Source: a virus
Taxonomy: Duplodnaviria > Caudoviricetes
Length of the DNA: 64,000 nt
Strand: one strand, 5' to 3'
IMG/VR virus record: IMGVR_UViG_3300020375_000001
Location: 128,001 to 192,000 of that record
Made by a program: the position numbers and the translations under genes. The notes below the pieces were generated by a model. It was not told the origin of the DNA. It searched no databases and saw only the letters and a list, made by a program, of their open reading frames with translations. How positions within the stretch are numbered: the first letter of the stretch is position 1; each line of letters starts with the position of its first letter. This document shows, piece by piece, positions 1-9,517 of the stretch.

Positions 1-14
1 CTCGATATACCCAT

Positions 15-2186
15 CTAACCGTAGATAACCTCAGCATCAGGGTGAGCTTTTAGGAACTTATCGGTTGCCGTTTGCTTCTGATAGTTGGGTTTCTGGTTAG
101 ACCGAGCTTCCTCAGCTTCTTTAACTAACTCGTCGTAGGTTAAAGGAACGCCGCCGTCTTCCTGACTGATAGCCACAAGGTAACGCAACGTTTGTTCTAA
201 GCGCACTCGTGAGAATGCATCCTTAGTCTCCGCCATTTTATCCTTGACTCTATCAATCTCATCCCGTAGTGCTTTCTGTTCTTGCTGGATAACGACTTGT
301 TCTTCAGTAAGTTTGTTTCCATCCTTACCAGCCAAACGCATACAGTCACGTGGGTCAATTCCATAGTGCTGTAAGTTCTTAGCTTTCATAACAAACCAGC
401 CAGCCAGCAGCCATGAAATAACCATATCGTCATGCCCAGATGCAGTATGGTCAATACGACCATTTTTAACAACCAGAGACCTAATTTGGTCAGACAGCAC
501 CTTACAACAAACGGAGCCACCCGCACGCTTAGCCAATTCAGGGAGAATGTTAACGTACAGCTCTTTACGAGAATCGGCAGTTGTAACGAAACCAAACTTA
601 GTCTTGATAGATTCGTAGAAGAAGCCATTGCGTGATGTCAATGGCGTGTTAAGCATAGCCTGTAGTTTCTTATCACTTGCAGCATCGTTCACTACCGTGT
701 TGTAAATACGGGTGAATGGGTCAATGCCGTGTTTCGGTAATTCGATTAGCAACGTCTCAAGGAATGTGATACCCGATGACTTACGCTCGATGTTGATAGT
801 GATGTTGCGGTATTTAACCATTAGCTCCACCACATACAAGGCAAGGGTTAGGATATACGATTCGTTTACACAAGCCGTACCAACTACAGACATATCCGTG
901 ATGTCAACCAAGACCATACCGGTATCGTCTCGACCAACCAATTCGGATGTATCCATGCCCAATACGAATTTACCATTGTGCATTCTTTCCTCAATCTCGT
1001 CTTCTGGGATTAACCAGTTAAAGATGTAGCCTTCTTTAGAGAACGAGTTATGCTCGTATTCCCTTTCAGAGTCTTTAATTAAGTCATTCAGTTTTGGAGA
1101 TAGTGGTGAACGCAATGTACCAGACGTCCAGACGTTAAAGAAGTCACGGTCGGCTTCATCACCTACGGCATTGGTGTTAGCCAATACCTCACGTAGCCAA
1201 TTGTCGTCTTTACCCACCTGACGGTGAGAGAACGTACCATTGATAAGAGGCTTCTTACCTTTGGAGTTCTTCTTAACAACAAAGTGTAGTTCCGCCTTGT
1301 CTTTCAGGTCAAAGTATTTCTCAGACCAGATAGCCCCACCATGAATTAGGTCGTACATGTACTTACCGTCACGGTCATCCTTTTTACCAGCTGTTGTAGT
1401 AAAGATGTTACCGTAGGGTTGACTGTTACGCTCTGCTTCTTCACGGGCCGCTGTAGTCGATGCAAGCATCGCAGGGATGATGGTGCCGATGAATTTAATA
1501 AATGGACCTTCGTCAATATGGATGATTGGAGAAGTCAGTCCACGACCAACGTTAAGTGCCGCAGCTTCTGATGACTGGGCAACTGACGTTAGGTATTTGT
1601 TACCACGTTCGTTGTACGTGATGATTTGTTGGTTATCTGCATCGTTACGGTGAACACGCAGGTAATCCGGTAACAGATTGATGATGTTCTTAATACGCTC
1701 AACGTTAGCTACACGTAGGCCATTATCTTTAGTTAACATGTTAATCTTTGAGTTCCATAACTGGAAGAGCTCCAGCCACACAATCAACAAGTCAGTACCT
1801 AGTGACTTACCTAACTGACGAGGCATGATTAACGCAAAGTCAACACTGTTAAAGAAACAGAAGTACAGTGCAACGTTAGCACGATTCATTCTGTACTGGT
1901 TTGGTTTCATACCCGCCTGTGCAGGTACGCGTGCAACTTCCCTGAAGAAATACCATGGGTTATGCTCAATCTCCTGAGCAATCATGATTTTCTGTTGTTC
2001 GGTTAGAGTCTTTGAATACGGGTCAACGCCCTGTAATTCAGGTTGTAATAACACCAACGGGAAATAGCAATTTTTAACCCCCATCGCGCGATAGAGACCA
2101 ACCAGATTCAGTGCAGACTGGTTTGTGGTCTTCGTATCGATAATCGCATTGGGGTAGTAACGGTAGTGGTCTTGAAATAAAATCAT
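15..2186 (-). CDS. terL: Terminase large subunit (phiKZ gp25-like)
   Basis: Walker A MPRQLGKS, Walker B IIHIDE, RNase H-type nuclease acidic motifs LGMDTSE and HDDMVISW. N-terminus MILFQDHYRYYPNAIIDTKTTN is typical of phiKZ-like terminases. Start moved to ATG 2186 (SD-like AAAGGCGGA); the longer ORF-track start lies next to a terminator. Confidence 0.95.
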   Translation of the reverse strand: MILFQDHYRYYPNAIIDTKTTNQSALNLVGLYRAMGVKNCYFPLVLLQPELQGVDPYSKTLTEQQKIMIAQEIEHNPWYFFREVARVPAQAGMKPNQYRMNRANVALYFCFFNSVDFALIMPRQLGKSLGTDLLIVWLELFQLWNSKINMLTKDNGLRVANVERIKNIINLLPDYLRVHRNDADNQQIITYNERGNKYLTSVAQSSEAAALNVGRGLTSPIIHIDEGPFIKFIGTIIPAMLASTTAAREEAERNSQPYGNIFTTTAGKKDDRDGKYMYDLIHGGAIWSEKYFDLKDKAELHFVVKKNSKGKKPLINGTFSHRQVGKDDNWLREVLANTNAVGDEADRDFFNVWTSGTLRSPLSPKLNDLIKDSEREYEHNSFSKEGYIFNWLIPEDEIEERMHNGKFVLGMDTSELVGRDDTGMVLVDITDMSVVGTACVNESYILTLALYVVELMVKYRNITINIERKSSGITFLETLLIELPKHGIDPFTRIYNTVVNDAASDKKLQAMLNTPLTSRNGFFYESIKTKFGFVTTADSRKELYVNILPELAKRAGGSVCCKVLSDQIRSLVVKNGRIDHTASGHDDMVISWLLAGWFVMKAKNLQHYGIDPRDCMRLAGKDGNKLTEEQVVIQQEQKALRDEIDRVKDKMAETKDAFSRVRLEQTLRYLVAISQEDGGVPLTYDELVKEAEEARSNQKPNYQKQTATDKFLKAHPDAEVIYG

Positions 2187-2248
2187 GAGTCCGCCTTTAT
2201 TGTCCCCGCCAAAAAATGGATACAGTTCATATAAAGACAAAAAAATAA

Positions 2249-2266
2249 AAGGGACTTTCGTCCCTT
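2249..2266 (-). terminator. Rho-independent terminator
   Basis: Hairpin AAGGGAC-TTTC-GTCCCTT followed on the minus strand by a T-run, just after the stop of 2274..2876. Confidence 0.8.
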
Positions 2267-2273
2267 CTACTAT

Positions 2274-2876
2274 TTATTGCGTAGCTGCATCGCCGACGTA
2301 ATCAAACGATACCACCATACCAAACTCACGTACCATCTGTGGCTGCTGTTTAATCCTGCAAATACCACGGATACCAAATGATGGTGTTTCTACACCAGCT
2401 AAGGCGTTACCCGCATCAGAGTCAAGAAGACGAACGTAGATGTACACCTGCCCGTCCTTGTTCTCTATATCTAGAATCTCGTGGGAGACGCGAGACATTT
2501 CAACTTGCATATAGCGGCGACTTACTGCTATATTATCCAAGTCGTTCTGTGGGTCACTAGGTGAACCATATTCACCATAAAGATTACCTTTTGCCAGACG
2601 GTCCTTAACGGCCACTAACAGCGTTTGGTCGTATACATAGCCGTTAGCATTAGGTTCGTTTAAATTGCCCATGTAGACCGGTATGATGTTTGCTGCGTTG
2701 TAATGTAGCTTAGCATCGTCCAGTCTTGGGATATCTACCAACAAATCTCCGTAATTAACAGTAAGACTGTTGATGACTGCTGTTTCCAATTGCAAAGGAT
2801 GGATGATATCCATGACTTCTTTGCGAGCAGTTTCCGGTAGACCCCAAAACGATACTACCTTTTTAGTTGAATCCAT
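2274..2876 (-). CDS. Prohead-protease (gp175/T4 gp21 family) paralog lacking catalytic His and Ser
   Basis: Motif-by-motif match to 17801..18559: GNLYGEYGSP vs GQQRGECGHP, SFGIRG vs SFSVRS, SFDYV vs TWDYV. Strong SD GGAGGT. Confidence 0.75.
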   Translation of the reverse strand: MDSTKKVVSFWGLPETARKEVMDIIHPLQLETAVINSLTVNYGDLLVDIPRLDDAKLHYNAANIIPVYMGNLNEPNANGYVYDQTLLVAVKDRLAKGNLYGEYGSPSDPQNDLDNIAVSRRYMQVEMSRVSHEILDIENKDGQVYIYVRLLDSDAGNALAGVETPSFGIRGICRIKQQPQMVREFGMVVSFDYVGDAATQ

Positions 2877-2897
2877 TGTAACCTCCTGCGGTTAATT

Positions 2898-3788
2898 TTA
2901 ATCGGGGTAGTACGATGCGCCATTAAACTGGTCATGGTGTTCCAAGGCCCAACGACCCGCAGTTACTTCCAACGAAACATCGTGAATGTACCAATCGTTG
3001 GCGGTGGCCAGACGACGAAATAACTCAGGATGGAAATTATGGTCAATAACCGGAGTTCCCACTTCAAGACCGGGGACATCCAATTTACTAATGCCCAAAT
3101 CCCCTAAACCCTTCACTGACCCATCCGGGAACAGTACATACAAATCGTACCACTTACCATAGTTTTCAGCAGTAAGGATAGGTTTGTCGGATGTACTTTG
3201 ACAAAGAAGATTTTTACCCCGCTCACTTCGGTACACCGAAACAGGAGAGGGTAACTCCTCATTACCACGGCGGTTGTTACGCATCAATTTAACTACGTCA
3301 TCTTCTATATAAGCCATGTAAGACGTGATGTATAGTGATAACGTAACCAATGGCTTTACTGCCGCAATGATATCTTCTCGTCGCTGTAAATCAAACTCGT
3401 TATGGACGGTATCTATGGATACAATATAATTATCGTTTCGTTTACAGGTTACAGTTATCCGCTTAAGTATTTCTTGAGTCATTTTGATTGACTTTAGACC
3501 CTCATCAAACACCGCAGTGGAAAAACCTTCACTTTGTTCGGCTGAAGGATGAGAGAAACCATGGCCCGACTGAAGCATGTGTGGAATGGCTATTTTAAGT
3601 CCATTACCTGAATCAACCATTGCCAATACGGTTTCATAATCCTTAACGCTAGTTAGCGGGTCGAGTATTTTAAATCCATGAGCAGTCAACTCGTCAGTAT
3701 GGAAGTTCTTTTTGTTTTCATGACAAATCAGTTGATGTAAACCGGCTTTGCTATCGAAGATGTCTCGTATATATTGCTTTGTTCCCAT
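2898..3788 (-). CDS. Hypothetical protein (296 aa)
   Basis: Long ORF with an SD, in a tightly packed minus-strand run; no recognisable motif. Confidence 0.8.
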   Translation of the reverse strand: MGTKQYIRDIFDSKAGLHQLICHENKKNFHTDELTAHGFKILDPLTSVKDYETVLAMVDSGNGLKIAIPHMLQSGHGFSHPSAEQSEGFSTAVFDEGLKSIKMTQEILKRITVTCKRNDNYIVSIDTVHNEFDLQRREDIIAAVKPLVTLSLYITSYMAYIEDDVVKLMRNNRRGNEELPSPVSVYRSERGKNLLCQSTSDKPILTAENYGKWYDLYVLFPDGSVKGLGDLGISKLDVPGLEVGTPVIDHNFHPELFRRLATANDWYIHDVSLEVTAGRWALEHHDQFNGASYYPD

Positions 3789-3809
3789 CGTACTTTGTTC
3801 CTGTTATTA

Positions 3810-4004
3810 CTAAGAGTCAATTTCTACAAACAGTAGAGTGATAGCCGCAATAACTATCACCCACCTTCTTATTAGTGACCACGGGGTACTGCTTTTATTT
3901 TCCCTTGGTCGATAGTGGCGACGTCCGTCGCACACGTGTGCCATACTAGATACACATCCGTATTTCTTATTCCAGTCTGCGCATGTAAGGCAAGTTTTCT
4001 TCAT
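3810..4004 (-). CDS. Small Cys-rich protein with C-terminal hydrophobic helix
   Basis: CxxC...C...C N-terminus and WVIVIAAITLLFV segment. ATGA overlap with the upstream ORF. Confidence 0.6.
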   Translation of the reverse strand: MKKTCLTCADWNKKYGCVSSMAHVCDGRRHYRPRENKSSTPWSLIRRWVIVIAAITLLFVEIDS

Positions 4005-4744
4005 TTGTTACTCTTTTCCCAAATTCTTAATAATCGTGCCCCATCTTCTTTTAACATTAAATCACTGACTTTGAGCTGTTCGGTTGCCCACTGGTCTGGA
4101 GTAAACAACTCTTTGTCAAAGCGTTCTGACACCTCACCTTTTAGGTTTACAACACACCAAGGATTATTTTGAATGAGGTCGTTATATTTAGCAACTGTCT
4201 CACTGTCCATATCCAGCTTAATTAGCGATGTGTGTTTAGCATCTGTCAGGGATGGATACTTGCGAATTACGATATCCCACGTGTAGCCCGATACCAGTAA
4301 ATCACATACGTTGTTGTCAAATTCCACCAGCCAACAGTACTTCAGTTTCACCGGCTTATTCTTCACTGAGTTATCCCAGATTTGCTCCAACCGCATGTAC
4401 GTGTAAATGATGCTGTGGAAATATCCCGGAAACACTTTAGGATATTGCCCCTCTAAACGAGCATTGAGTTCGTTTACTTCCACACACAAATCGACGATGG
4501 CATGGGTCATTGCCTTATGCTTTTCGTCTTTCTCAAAGCAGACCTCAATTGAATTTGCTTCCAATAAAGGATTGGTGGTGAAGTACTTATCGATAAGCAG
4601 TACAAAGAGGTTTTTCTTTGCCCCAAAGTCAGCCACCAGATGTGTTAATATTGCTTTACGTACAAAAGCGTTGATATACATTTGAAACTGCGTTTTGTAC
4701 ATATAGTTCATGTTACCCATTACCATATTGCATCCCCACTCCAA
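4001..4744 (-). CDS. Hypothetical protein
   Basis: 247 aa ORF in operon context; start uncertain. Confidence 0.75.
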   Translation of the reverse strand: MEWGCNMVMGNMNYMYKTQFQMYINAFVRKAILTHLVADFGAKKNLFVLLIDKYFTTNPLLEANSIEVCFEKDEKHKAMTHAIVDLCVEVNELNARLEGQYPKVFPGYFHSIIYTYMRLEQIWDNSVKNKPVKLKYCWLVEFDNNVCDLLVSGYTWDIVIRKYPSLTDAKHTSLIKLDMDSETVAKYNDLIQNNPWCVVNLKGEVSERFDKELFTPDQWATEQLKVSDLMLKEDGARLLRIWEKSNK

Positions 4745-4866
4745 TTAAAACGACCCCATATACAACGGTCACGATAGCGCCACCAAATATAAGAGCACTT
4801 AACCATGGTTGTTTGTGTGCAAAATTGGCAGCTTTAATTATAAACTTTTCCACTAATACTTTTCCA

Positions 4867-5154
4867 TTAATGACCATAGTTGAAACCAATCCAGAAACTG
4901 TTACCCGTCTTAGCGTTGGTTACTTTCTCATCCGTAGAACCACAGCACCCAGCCTCTTGCACTCGACGATACTTGTCGGTCATTCCGCCAGTTTCATCAG
5001 CAAGGCACACCCGAGCATTATCTACGCATCCACCCTTTTCAATTTTTCGATACAACTTACCCATTTGATTACATAGCCACAAGTAGTCCTTTGTGTTATC
5101 AACTACCTGTCTAACCATGTGTCCGTATATTTTAGTATTAAACGTTTGTGGCAT
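4867..5154 (-). CDS. Hypothetical protein (95 aa, GCCG motif)
   Basis: Leader TTAAATAAAAGGAA with SD, downstream of a candidate early promoter. Confidence 0.7.
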   Translation of the reverse strand: MPQTFNTKIYGHMVRQVVDNTKDYLWLCNQMGKLYRKIEKGGCVDNARVCLADETGGMTDKYRRVQEAGCCGSTDEKVTNAKTGNSFWIGFNYGH

Positions 5155-5297
5155 TTCCCCTTCCTTTTATTTAAGAGATAACGGTACCCATCAATAAGAT
5201 AATCGGACTCAATAATTTTTGCCCTATCACAACTTCTACATTAAGTATCTGTCCACTTGGATAATATAGGGCTGTAATATTCTGGTCTACGGCATAA

Positions 5298-5317
5298 GTG
5301 GACGGTTTCCCGTCCAC
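5298..5317 (-). terminator. Terminator hairpin with adjacent TATGCCG motif
   Basis: GTGGACGG-TTTC-CCGTCCAC directly after the stop of 5326..6969. Confidence 0.7.
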
Positions 5318-5325
5318 CCATTTAG

Positions 5326-6969
5326 CTACACGGCACGTACCATGAAACCAGACACGCCCAAGTAAAGGTCTTCGTGTTCGGCCTCAATAATCCATACCAC
5401 GCCTACCAATGCACCCGTATCTAACTTCACACCAAAGTTCAGTGTTTGATTCCACGATGAGATTGGATAGCGTTTACGCTCTTCACCTACCACCACATCA
5501 AAGTGGGTTGGTACAGGCGCAGACGATTCAATGGCTTTATCGTACAGCGGTAGCGTTGGACGGAAGGTCTTAGTTAACCACTCGTCCACGGAGTTCGCAT
5601 CTACATCTAACTTAAATGCGTAATCCGATACCGTTACCAGACGCTGTTCCGCGTAGATACCTTCACCATAGGCTTGGCCACCATGGTCTTCGTAATGCAC
5701 TAACCAGCTTACCGTATTCGAGATACGTGGCGGACCAAAGACCACCAGCTTAATGCTTTGTACATGACGATATGGTGCGTACGATGCATCTACTTCGTTC
5801 AGACGGATAGATACAGTAAACGTTTGTTCCACACCCCACAAGGTAGGGTTAAACGTACCCAAAGAACCTTCACCGTACGTAACCAAGTTAGTCACTTCCA
5901 GAATTTCTGAACGAGACAGGTTAGCCAAGAAGTAGCGCGGCTTCCACATACTACCGTCCCAATCAGGGTACACAAACAACTTAAGGTTGTATTCGTGTTG
6001 AGCAGGTAGCGTATGAATGCTGTACTCTTTGGTAATGTGGTTGCTTCCTGTAGCAGATTGCTTCGTTGAGATTTCATTAGCATCCATGCGGTAGCTTAGT
6101 ACCAGAGGATGATTGTAATCAGGCGAAGACGCTACGTAGTTATCCAAACCGTAAACACTAAAACGAGTGCCATCAACTGGATGTGTGACACGGTCACCGT
6201 TATTGTAGATAACCTCTGCCATAAGACCTAACGAGGACACAGGCAGGTTTACAGGAACTTCTAAGACGTTTGAATCAGTACGCATCCATGGGGACTTAAG
6301 ACTGATGCCGCTGACATAGCGAGCACTGTTCAATCCCTTGTTGGACAACGCCGTTTCTACCACGACCATTTCCGTAGTAGAAATCCGACCACCCTGTTCA
6401 TTGAAGATAACGGCGGTAACGATATCGCCGCCGGTCAATGTATGGGTAGTATGGGATTGCTCTGGTGTAAATGCAGTATGAATACCTGGCTCACCCTGCT
6501 GGATAGGCTCAAGACCCACACGGTCATTTAGGTAATTACCAGTGCCGTCGTAGTTCTTCGAAATGACTTCGTCAACTTGTTCGTCATTGTACCCAAGGTA
6601 ATACTTAACATGGTCTGCGTCCTTACGGTACAGACGCAACTTAGCGTCTGCCGTAATAGTAGCTGGAACAACTGAGTTGTCCACATGTAAGACGTAATAC
6701 TCGCGAGGAGTATGACCACCATTACCGAGGAGAACGTCCAAGCCAGACGCATCGATGTTTTGATTAGGAGCCTGCCACGGTTCTACGATAGAAATCCCCG
6801 TGTCAACATTCAGGCTAATGCATCGCATTGGCCCATGGACCCAGCTCCAAATCATGTCATCAACGTTAGGACATACCTGACCAGTCCCGTTCGGGCCGGT
6901 ATAGATGTCCTTTTCAGAATGGACAGTAAAACTTCTGTCCAACTGAATGATAGGTCTTTTAATAGACAT
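5326..6969 (-). CDS. Virion structural/baseplate protein (phiKZ gp26-like)
   Basis: Size (547 aa) and position in the conserved terL-gp26-gp27-gp28 / sheath-tube block. Confidence 0.75.
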   Translation of the reverse strand: MSIKRPIIQLDRSFTVHSEKDIYTGPNGTGQVCPNVDDMIWSWVHGPMRCISLNVDTGISIVEPWQAPNQNIDASGLDVLLGNGGHTPREYYVLHVDNSVVPATITADAKLRLYRKDADHVKYYLGYNDEQVDEVISKNYDGTGNYLNDRVGLEPIQQGEPGIHTAFTPEQSHTTHTLTGGDIVTAVIFNEQGGRISTTEMVVVETALSNKGLNSARYVSGISLKSPWMRTDSNVLEVPVNLPVSSLGLMAEVIYNNGDRVTHPVDGTRFSVYGLDNYVASSPDYNHPLVLSYRMDANEISTKQSATGSNHITKEYSIHTLPAQHEYNLKLFVYPDWDGSMWKPRYFLANLSRSEILEVTNLVTYGEGSLGTFNPTLWGVEQTFTVSIRLNEVDASYAPYRHVQSIKLVVFGPPRISNTVSWLVHYEDHGGQAYGEGIYAEQRLVTVSDYAFKLDVDANSVDEWLTKTFRPTLPLYDKAIESSAPVPTHFDVVVGEERKRYPISSWNQTLNFGVKLDTGALVGVVWIIEAEHEDLYLGVSGFMVRAV

Positions 6970-6974
6970 TGTTG

Positions 6975-9503
6975 CTATTCCCCATTATCAGTTTTAATAG
7001 TCAAGTGACCGGTCATGTCAACTCGACCATTTAGATAAAGTAGTGATACCCTATCCATAAACGAGTAAACTTTTTGCGGTACTTCAATTAAGGTACCACT
7101 GGCATGTGGACGAGCCGAAACTAATCCTGACTCCACCGCACCATCAAGTCCAGTTTTAGCAATATCGAACTTCAATAAGTATTCGTACTGCTTTACCATG
7201 GTTTTGATTTTACTATCCAGGATACGGTAATCCGGAATATGCAGTACCCCAGTAATCGCATCGTCCAAAATACGCGCACAGAAGATACTGTACATTTGGT
7301 GGCGATAGGGAATTGGGGATACATTTGTAAATGGTGGTATCGGTGCATGTAGCGTTAGATAGTCACGGACAATCTTGTCGCGGCTCAGTGCGTCAGAGCG
7401 AAGAGACTTTTCTGCACTGGGTGGGATACCAATTGCCTGTAGACGAGGCCTAACCATGGAGATAGAATAAGGTGCACCGTTACGTAGTGACCCATTTACT
7501 CCACGATACTCCTCATGTCTTTCCACATAACTACGTTGCAGATGTTTGTTATCTACATTAGCACGATACAATAACCCACTGTGTAGGTCATACCCGTTCC
7601 CTACATTAATCATGCCGTGGTCAACCCAACCTACGTGTTCAGGTCTACCCCAGTCAACGTATCCTTCACCACCGTCATCGGGGAAGTCGTAAGCTACAAT
7701 AAAGACTTCGTTGTCCCCTTCCGCCTTTAAGTGGGTTGTAGAACTAATCCAGATTGATTGACGATTAATCTCGTAATCAATTCCCTGTACCAATTCTTTC
7801 CCGTTGAGGCGAACGATGATTCTACGGAATGGAAGCTCCATTGTACCGTTGGCATCTACCAGACTAACTTCACCTACACCCTGACGCAGCGGTAGCACAA
7901 ATGTTTTACTCCATGCCCAACCTGAGTGACGAACCACCCATTCATGATTAGGACTAGAATAGTTGTGACGTAGGAAGCCGTCTTTCTGGTCGGTAAAAGA
8001 TACAGACTTGGTAATGTCTACCCAATCCTGCGTCCCATTGAGGCGATGGTACAAACGATACTCGCGGTGACCAGAAGGAACCAATTCCGTATTGTAATAA
8101 TCCGGACAGTCTTCTACAAATTCATCCTCGAAGAATTCAACTAGGGCAGTCTCCCGTTCGGAGTAACCTAAGCCATCGTCTCGAATGCGTTTTATGGCCA
8201 GTACGTTATCGTCTTTATCATACTCCACCATTGTCCCTTTGCGGTATGCCTCAGGTGCTACAATACGCTGAATGCCACCCGTATTAAAAACAGGTTGTTG
8301 GTTATCGGCGCTGTAGTACGCAATGGAGTTGTAACCGTAACAGCGATACAGGTCAATAGTTACCGCACTATCAATCTTAGGTAGCCGCATGACTTTAGGA
8401 TAGGCTGAGCGTTCCAAAGAAGTAATGTCCCACAAACTACAAGAGGTTACTTTACCAGTAATGATATTGTAGCGTTGTTCTTCCGGTAACTTATTTAACT
8501 CGTGTAGACGGTTGTTTTCGAAAATCAGTGGACGTTTGTACCCTGACTCTCTGACAGTGAGGCGAATAAAGGCTTCACCTAACTCCAACTCCTGACGAAT
8601 ATATTCGACCTGGTCGACGTTGACTGAATATGTGGCAGACGCAAGCATCCGCACGTTCTCCGGCTTGTTACGGTTTAACAACAAACCTTTAGTCACCAAC
8701 CCATCCGCATTCTTTTTACAGATACGAATTTCGATGTCATCGTGATACCGAATAGTTTCAGCAACCCCAAGGTCAACCACATACTTACGTGCATTGTCCA
8801 AATTGGAGTAAGCGTAATAAAGGCTGTCCAGAGAGATGTCAATGACTTCTTCAATAGAATCGTCTACACGCACTTCTAGCGTGTCCCCTACCAAAATGTT
8901 AGCAGGTGGCAAACTTTCTACTAAAACACCGTTGTGGATTAACTGAGGCTTCTTACCGTACAGTTTTGCAGCGTGCCACTTATTGTACAAAGTTAGAACC
9001 GCCTGCTCGTTGGAACTAATGCGAGTAATGCCCTCTACCCAAAAATCCAATTCCTCAGATGAGCGCTGCGATGCCCAGTAAGCGTTAGTATAATGATGGA
9101 AGTAAATGTCCTCATTTACCATGTCCACATATTTACTTTCGCGGATTGCCAATAGTACTGTTTTATTATCCAACTGAATGATGAATACTTCATGCAGAGG
9201 AAGGAGCAGACCCTTGGTATTATAAATGTTTATCGTACACTTACTCTCCGAAGATAACCCCGCCAAAGGTAACCAAGTGTTAGTTACCCCTTTAAGGCCA
9301 AACAGTGCTGGAGGATAGTGTCCGATTTGATAGACAATATAGTTGTCTCTGGTTGGTGTTTGCAATTCGTCCCAACCAAGAACGATACGTTCGTATACGC
9401 CACGAACTTTACCGTAACGGACTGGCTTTAAAATTGCCTGACGGTCTTGTTCTGGGGTACACCAAACATTTCGAATGGCATGTTGTTGTAAAAACGCGGA
9501 CAC
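6975..9503 (-). CDS. Virion structural/baseplate protein (phiKZ gp27-like)
   Basis: N-terminal HAIRNVWCTPEQDRQ motif characteristic of the family; synteny. Confidence 0.8.
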   Translation of the reverse strand: MSAFLQQHAIRNVWCTPEQDRQAILKPVRYGKVRGVYERIVLGWDELQTPTRDNYIVYQIGHYPPALFGLKGVTNTWLPLAGLSSESKCTINIYNTKGLLLPLHEVFIIQLDNKTVLLAIRESKYVDMVNEDIYFHHYTNAYWASQRSSEELDFWVEGITRISSNEQAVLTLYNKWHAAKLYGKKPQLIHNGVLVESLPPANILVGDTLEVRVDDSIEEVIDISLDSLYYAYSNLDNARKYVVDLGVAETIRYHDDIEIRICKKNADGLVTKGLLLNRNKPENVRMLASATYSVNVDQVEYIRQELELGEAFIRLTVRESGYKRPLIFENNRLHELNKLPEEQRYNIITGKVTSCSLWDITSLERSAYPKVMRLPKIDSAVTIDLYRCYGYNSIAYYSADNQQPVFNTGGIQRIVAPEAYRKGTMVEYDKDDNVLAIKRIRDDGLGYSERETALVEFFEDEFVEDCPDYYNTELVPSGHREYRLYHRLNGTQDWVDITKSVSFTDQKDGFLRHNYSSPNHEWVVRHSGWAWSKTFVLPLRQGVGEVSLVDANGTMELPFRRIIVRLNGKELVQGIDYEINRQSIWISSTTHLKAEGDNEVFIVAYDFPDDGGEGYVDWGRPEHVGWVDHGMINVGNGYDLHSGLLYRANVDNKHLQRSYVERHEEYRGVNGSLRNGAPYSISMVRPRLQAIGIPPSAEKSLRSDALSRDKIVRDYLTLHAPIPPFTNVSPIPYRHQMYSIFCARILDDAITGVLHIPDYRILDSKIKTMVKQYEYLLKFDIAKTGLDGAVESGLVSARPHASGTLIEVPQKVYSFMDRVSLLYLNGRVDMTGHLTIKTDNGE

Positions 9504-9517
9504 GACCTACTCCTTTA

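Noticed and set aside
2187-2240. N-terminal extension of the terminase ORF
   Set aside because: Runs up to the terminator T-run with no SD; the family N-terminus is MILF.
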